Positions 58,590 to 64,000 of a DNA stretch of 64,000 nt are shown piece by piece (position 1 is the stretch's first letter; each line of letters opens with the position of its first letter). Source of the DNA: Octopus vulgaris (taxonomy: Eukaryota); contig OX597824.1 in assembly GCA_951406725.2 (NCBI GenBank), positions 18,228,001 to 18,292,000 on the forward strand, given 5' to 3'. Position numbers and translations under genes: made by a program. The notes beneath the pieces were generated by a model. It ran no database searches. It had not been told where the DNA came from and worked only from the letters and a program-made list of their open reading frames with translations.

Positions 58590-58939
58590 GTACGCATGTC
58601 TATAAAATTGTAACGATATTTATATTTATATCTATACAGATACGTATATGTGTGCATATATATATACTCATGTACACACACACACACATATATATATATA
58701 TGTGTGCGTGTGTGTTCGTATGTATGTATATATGTACTTATGTATGTATGTTTGTATGTATGTATACACTCATTCATATTTGTGTACTGCGTGAGATACG
58801 CGTCTGATTATGTAGTGATTCGCATGAGTCAAACAGTACGTATCTATCAAAGTGCATATATGCATGCAGCTATATACATATACATATTTATACATACACG
58901 TATATATATACACATATATATGCATATATATATATCTGC

Positions 58940-59075
<136 letters not shown>

Positions 59076-59739
59076 TTATGTACGTACATACGCACGTATA
59101 TATGTACGTAGGTATGTGTGTACGTACGTAAGTATGTATGTATATTCGAATAGTATTTAAGAGAGCCTGGTGAACAAAATGTGTATTTATGTTTTTCCCA
59201 AGTATCAACATAAAACCGCAAAATTTACTTCACAACGGCAAGTTATTTCTGTTTGTTGAAGAGAAATGTGTATATAACACCTGCTAAGATTCTCAATAAT
59301 GTGTCAAATAAAAGAAAGTAAAAAAAAAAAAAAATGTTATCTAACACACAAACGGATGAATACAAACGAGAACAAGCACGCGCACAAACGGAGTCGTACG
59401 CATCCACCACAAACACGCTCGTATTCCCTAACACACACGCAAAAGCGCACAGCCACAAATGAGAACCGTGTACAGAGATGCGCGCATATGTTCTACATAT
59501 GCATATGTGTTTTGTGAAATACAGATGTATATATATATATATATATATGTACATGTATATATATGTATACATATGTATATATATACGTGCATATATATAT
59601 ACATATATATATACATATATATACATATATATACACATATATATACATATATATATACACATATATATACATATATATATATGTATATATATATATTTAT
59701 AAATATATGTATATATACATATATATATTTATATGTATT

Positions 59740-59786
<47 letters not shown>

Positions 59787-59829
59787 GTGTGTGTGTGTGT
59801 GTAATTCATACATATATATTTATATATAT

Positions 59830-59879
<50 letters not shown>

Positions 59880-59986
59880 GTAAATTATAATTAAATAGGA
59901 ATACTTGTAGAAAGCAGGCTATGTAACGCATGATGTGTATACTAGCACACACATACATACACACATGCATATATATATAGGTATAT

Positions 59987-60397
59987 ACTCTTTTACCCTT
60001 TTACTTGTGTCAGTCATTTGACTGCGGCCATGCTGGAGCACCGCCTTCAGTCGAGCAAATCGACCCCGGGACTTATTCTTTGTAAGCCCTGTACCTTATC
60101 GGTCTCTTTTGCCGAACCGCTAAGTGACGGGGACGTAAACACAACAGCATCGGTTGTCAAGCAATGCTAGAGGGACACACAAACACATGCACACACACAT
60201 ATAGATATATATATGTATATATATACATATATACGACGGGCTTCTTTCAGTTTCCGTCTACCAAATCCACTCACAAAGCATTGGTCGGCCCAAGGCTATA
60301 GCAGAAGACACTTGTCCAAGATGCCACGCAGTGGGACTGAACCCGGAACCATGTGGCTGGTAAGCAAGCTACTTACCACACAGCCACTCCTGTGCCT
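59987..60397 (-). mobile_element. SINE group B
   Basis: Full-length copy. Confidence 0.9.
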
Positions 60398-60731
60398 ATA
60401 TCTTTATATATACATATAGCTGGATGTATTTTTACAGATATGTAGTAGTGAGACATATGCATCAAAGTCGATATAAATAGGTATATATGTATATGGAATA
60501 AGCAGAGCTGGGGCACACTTGAAGATGGTAAGTGTCAGTGTGGAGGTCACTGTTGTGCGACGAAAGATTTCCGGACAATGGTCATCAGTTAGATTAAGAA
60601 AATCTATAAAAGAACGAATATAAAATTCGGCTGTATATTAGGCAAAAGATACAAAAATTGACTATCCCAAACATAATGAGATATATATATATATATATAT
60701 ATATTCAGACATACATATAGTTATAGATATG

Positions 60732-60837
<106 letters not shown>

Positions 60838-60906
60838 CTTATTTATAATTAGATATACACATATGACTATATATGTATGTAGCTGGATATAAAGATAGAT
60901 AAATAT

Positions 60907-61127
60907 ATTTCTTTATTGCCCACAAGGGTCTAAACATAGAGGGGACAAACAAAGACAGACAAAGGGATTAAGTCAACTTCCTTGACCCCAGTGTGTAACT
61001 GGTACTTTATTTATCGAACCCGAAAGGATGAAAGGCAAAGTCGACCTCGGCGGAATTTGAACTCAGAACGTAGCGACAGATGAAATACTGCTTAGCATTT
61101 CGCCCGGCGTGCTAACATTTCTGCCAG
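60907..61127 (-). mobile_element. SINE group A monomer flanked by GATA-type sequence
   Basis: Left flank GATAGATAAATATA, right flank GATAGATAAATAGA (candidate TSD). Confidence 0.88.
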
Positions 61128-61147
61128 ATAGATAAATAGATAGGTAC

Positions 61148-61336
<189 letters not shown>

Positions 61337-61367
61337 TAGACGGATAGATAGATAGATAGATAGATAT

Positions 61368-62145
61368 GTTTCTTTATTAGCCACACAGGGCTGCACACAG
61401 ATAGAACAAATTACAAGGTAGAGCTTTTCTTTTGAAGGTTTAAGAAAAAAAAAAAAAAAAAAAAGGAAGGGGGAGTTTCGATCAAAAGGGATCGTAAAAG
61501 GAGAGAAAGAGGACAAAAGAAAGGGGGTTTAAAAAAGGGGGGAGGAAAAAAATTGATCAATAGGGATCGTTATCACAGAAATGTCAATATGAAGTGTAAA
61601 GGGGAGGACAGGTGAGGTTTACCCGTGCAAAGAAAAGCCTACGGAAAAGACCACGGTAACCTCGGTCAATGATGTCACATTTTATATTTCTTTTTTTTTT
61701 TTTTTTTGCAAATAAGCAACTCTCTGTTTTCGATTTCTGGGTTCATAGGACTATGCTCAAGGTGGCTTCGTCATTCATACGTGCCATTCTTGCTACATTC
61801 ACCCATCTTTTTTTAAAACATTCGCTAGACAAAACTTGCCTCTCTACTCTCACTTTCCTTTTCAAGTGGTACTTGAAGAAGTTGATGAGAGATTGACCAG
61901 AGAGGAAAGTGTTTGTCTCCAATCCTTTCAGACGCGTCCACCAGATACATTCCTTCGCCATAGCCACAAGGATGATGAAAATAGCTCTTCCTTCCCGTTT
62001 GAAGGAAGGAGGCGTGACAATATTGACGATAGACTCAGCTGATAAACCGACTCGTCCCACACGTGACAGCAGTTGTTCGACATAAGCCCACAGGTCGGAA
62101 ATTGTTGGACACTGAACGAGTGCGTGCAGAACGGTTTCGTCGCTC

Positions 62146-62146
<1 letters not shown>
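61368..62146 (-). mobile_element. 5'-truncated Tx1/L1-clade LINE inside (GATA)n
   Basis: ORF2 C-terminus plus ~375-bp 3'UTR ending AATAAAGAAA; long GATA tracts on both sides. Confidence 0.88.
61743..62144 (-). CDS. LINE ORF2 C-terminal fragment (zinc-knuckle half and downstream helix)
   Basis: Extending ORF 61743..62060 upstream in frame gives SDETVLHALVQCPTISDLWAYVEQLL..AMAKECIWWTRLK, matching the ETxxHxxxxCP..W and AKxxIWxxR motifs of Tx1/L1 ORF2; no stops. Confidence 0.85.
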   Translation of the reverse strand, partial: SDETVLHALVQCPTISDLWAYVEQLLSRVGRVGLSAESIVNIVTPPSFKREGRAIFIILVAMAKECIWWTRLKGLETNTFLSGQSLINFFKYHLKRKVRVERQVLSSECFKKRWVNVARMARMNDEATLSIVL

Positions 62147-62222
<76 letters not shown>

Positions 62223-62754
62223 TTCTATAAGTGTATATACGTACATACACTCATGTATGTATACGTGCACATACAAACATATAAGCACACATTAAGACAT
62301 ATGTATTGTAACCATGTATTCTTGTGGATGTTTGATAACATTTCAATAAATAATATTTTCCATTATTTCAAACATTATAACATTCTGTTGAATATGTATA
62401 CTTTACATGTTGCCAAACACAAATATTCAAAGATGTATTACATGCTATTATGTTGTACATAATATTATAAGAGAGTCCATATATCAACAGCTATACCTGT
62501 ATATGCGTGCGAATCTGTGCTTCTGTGCGGGCGTGTGTTTTGCTGAGAATGGATGGTGTTACAGATAAACGCTCTCATGGAAACTATCAAACACGCACAC
62601 ATACATAATCACATAAGTGATATAAATAGTTGAGCGAATAGATAAACACACACTTCCACACATATAAATATGTATGTGTATATTACATATATATATATAT
62701 ATATACATGTATATATGTTCATATAAATATATATATATATACATATATATATAC

Positions 62755-62845
<91 letters not shown>

Positions 62846-62962
62846 ATATATGATTATATATATATATATATAAACTGGACTTAGAGAGGGTAGCAACAAG
62901 GGCGGTGCCCCAGCATGGCCTCAGCCGGATTGCTGAAACAAGTAAAAGAGTAAAAGAGTATA

Positions 62963-63387
62963 TGGCGCAAGAGTGGCTGTGTGGTAAGTAGCTTGTTTAC
63001 CAACGACATGGTTCCGAGTTCAGTTTCACTGCGTGGCACCTTGGGCAAGTGTCTTCTTATATAGCCTCGGGCCGACCAATGCCTTGTGAGTGGATTTGGT
63101 AGATGGAAACTGAAAGAAGCCCATCGTATATATGTATATATATATATGTATATATGTATGTGTGTGTATATGTTTGTGTGTCTATGTGTGTCCCCCCACC
63201 ATCGCTTGACAACCGATGCTGGTGTGTTTACGTCCCCGTCACTTAGCGGTTCGGCAAAAATAAACCGATAGAATAAGTACTGGGCTTACAAAGAATAAGT
63301 CCTGGGGTCTATTTGCTCGACTAAAGGTGGTGCTCCAGCATGGCCGCAGTCAAATGACTGAAACAAGTAAAAAGAGAAAGAAAAGAG

Positions 63388-63388
<1 letters not shown>
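62963..63388 (+). mobile_element. SINE group B, preceded by an isolated tail fragment (62898-62960)
   Basis: Full-length copy. Confidence 0.9.
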
Positions 63389-63448
<60 letters not shown>

Positions 63449-63464
63449 GTGTGTATATATATAT

Positions 63465-63653
63465 TCTTTTATTCTGTTATTCTTTTGTTTCAGGCATTGA
63501 CTGCTGCCATGGGGTAGCACCGCATTTAGTTGAGCAAATCGATCACAGGACTTATTCTTTCGAAGCGTAGTCCTTTTTTTATCGGTCTTGTTTGCCAAAC
63601 TGCTAAGTTACAGGTATGTAAGCACAGCAGCATCGATTATCAAGCGATTTGGA

Positions 63654-63688
<35 letters not shown>

Positions 63689-63897
63689 TACACACACACA
63701 CGCAAACATATACATACTTACAAATATGTATATATATATGCGACGAGCTTCTTTCAGTTTCCTTCTACCAAATCCACTCATAAGGCTTTGGTTCGCCCGA
63801 GTCTCTTGTAGCTAACACTTGCTCAAGGTGCCATGCAATAGGACTGAACTCGGAAGCATGTGATTGGTAAGCAAGCTACTTAGCACACAGTCACTAC
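63465..63897 (-). mobile_element. SINE group B, diverged, inverted relative to 62963-63388
   Basis: Homology to other group B copies. Confidence 0.85.
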
Positions 63898-63927
63898 TCT
63901 CTCACTCTCTTTCTCTCTCTCCCTAAT

Positions 63928-63996
<69 letters not shown>

Positions 63997-64000
63997 TTAT

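Overview
AT-rich eukaryotic, repeat-dominated DNA, intronic or intergenic, with no recognisable host gene. Nearly all ORF-track entries are microsatellite translations: (TA)n, (CA)n, (GATA)n, (TAA)n. The SINE families and microsatellite load resemble Octopus genomes (from recall, not verified). Content: three tRNA-derived SINE groups (labelled A, B, C here); 5'-truncated non-LTR retroelements that sit inside specific microsatellites (Tx1/L1-like in (GATA)n, a related element in (CTA)n, a non-coding element in (TAA)n); Penelope-like fragments with hammerhead-ribozyme motifs in palindromic arrangements; a TA-duplicating MITE; and several fold-backs. Most notable: (1) a GATA-associated Tx1-like LINE whose 3' end is shared by SINE A; (2) SINE A concatemers that always rejoin at the same hairpin-loop position; (3) a tRNA-headed element carrying a hammerhead motif. 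All alignments and folds were done by eye, and boundaries are approximate to a few bases.
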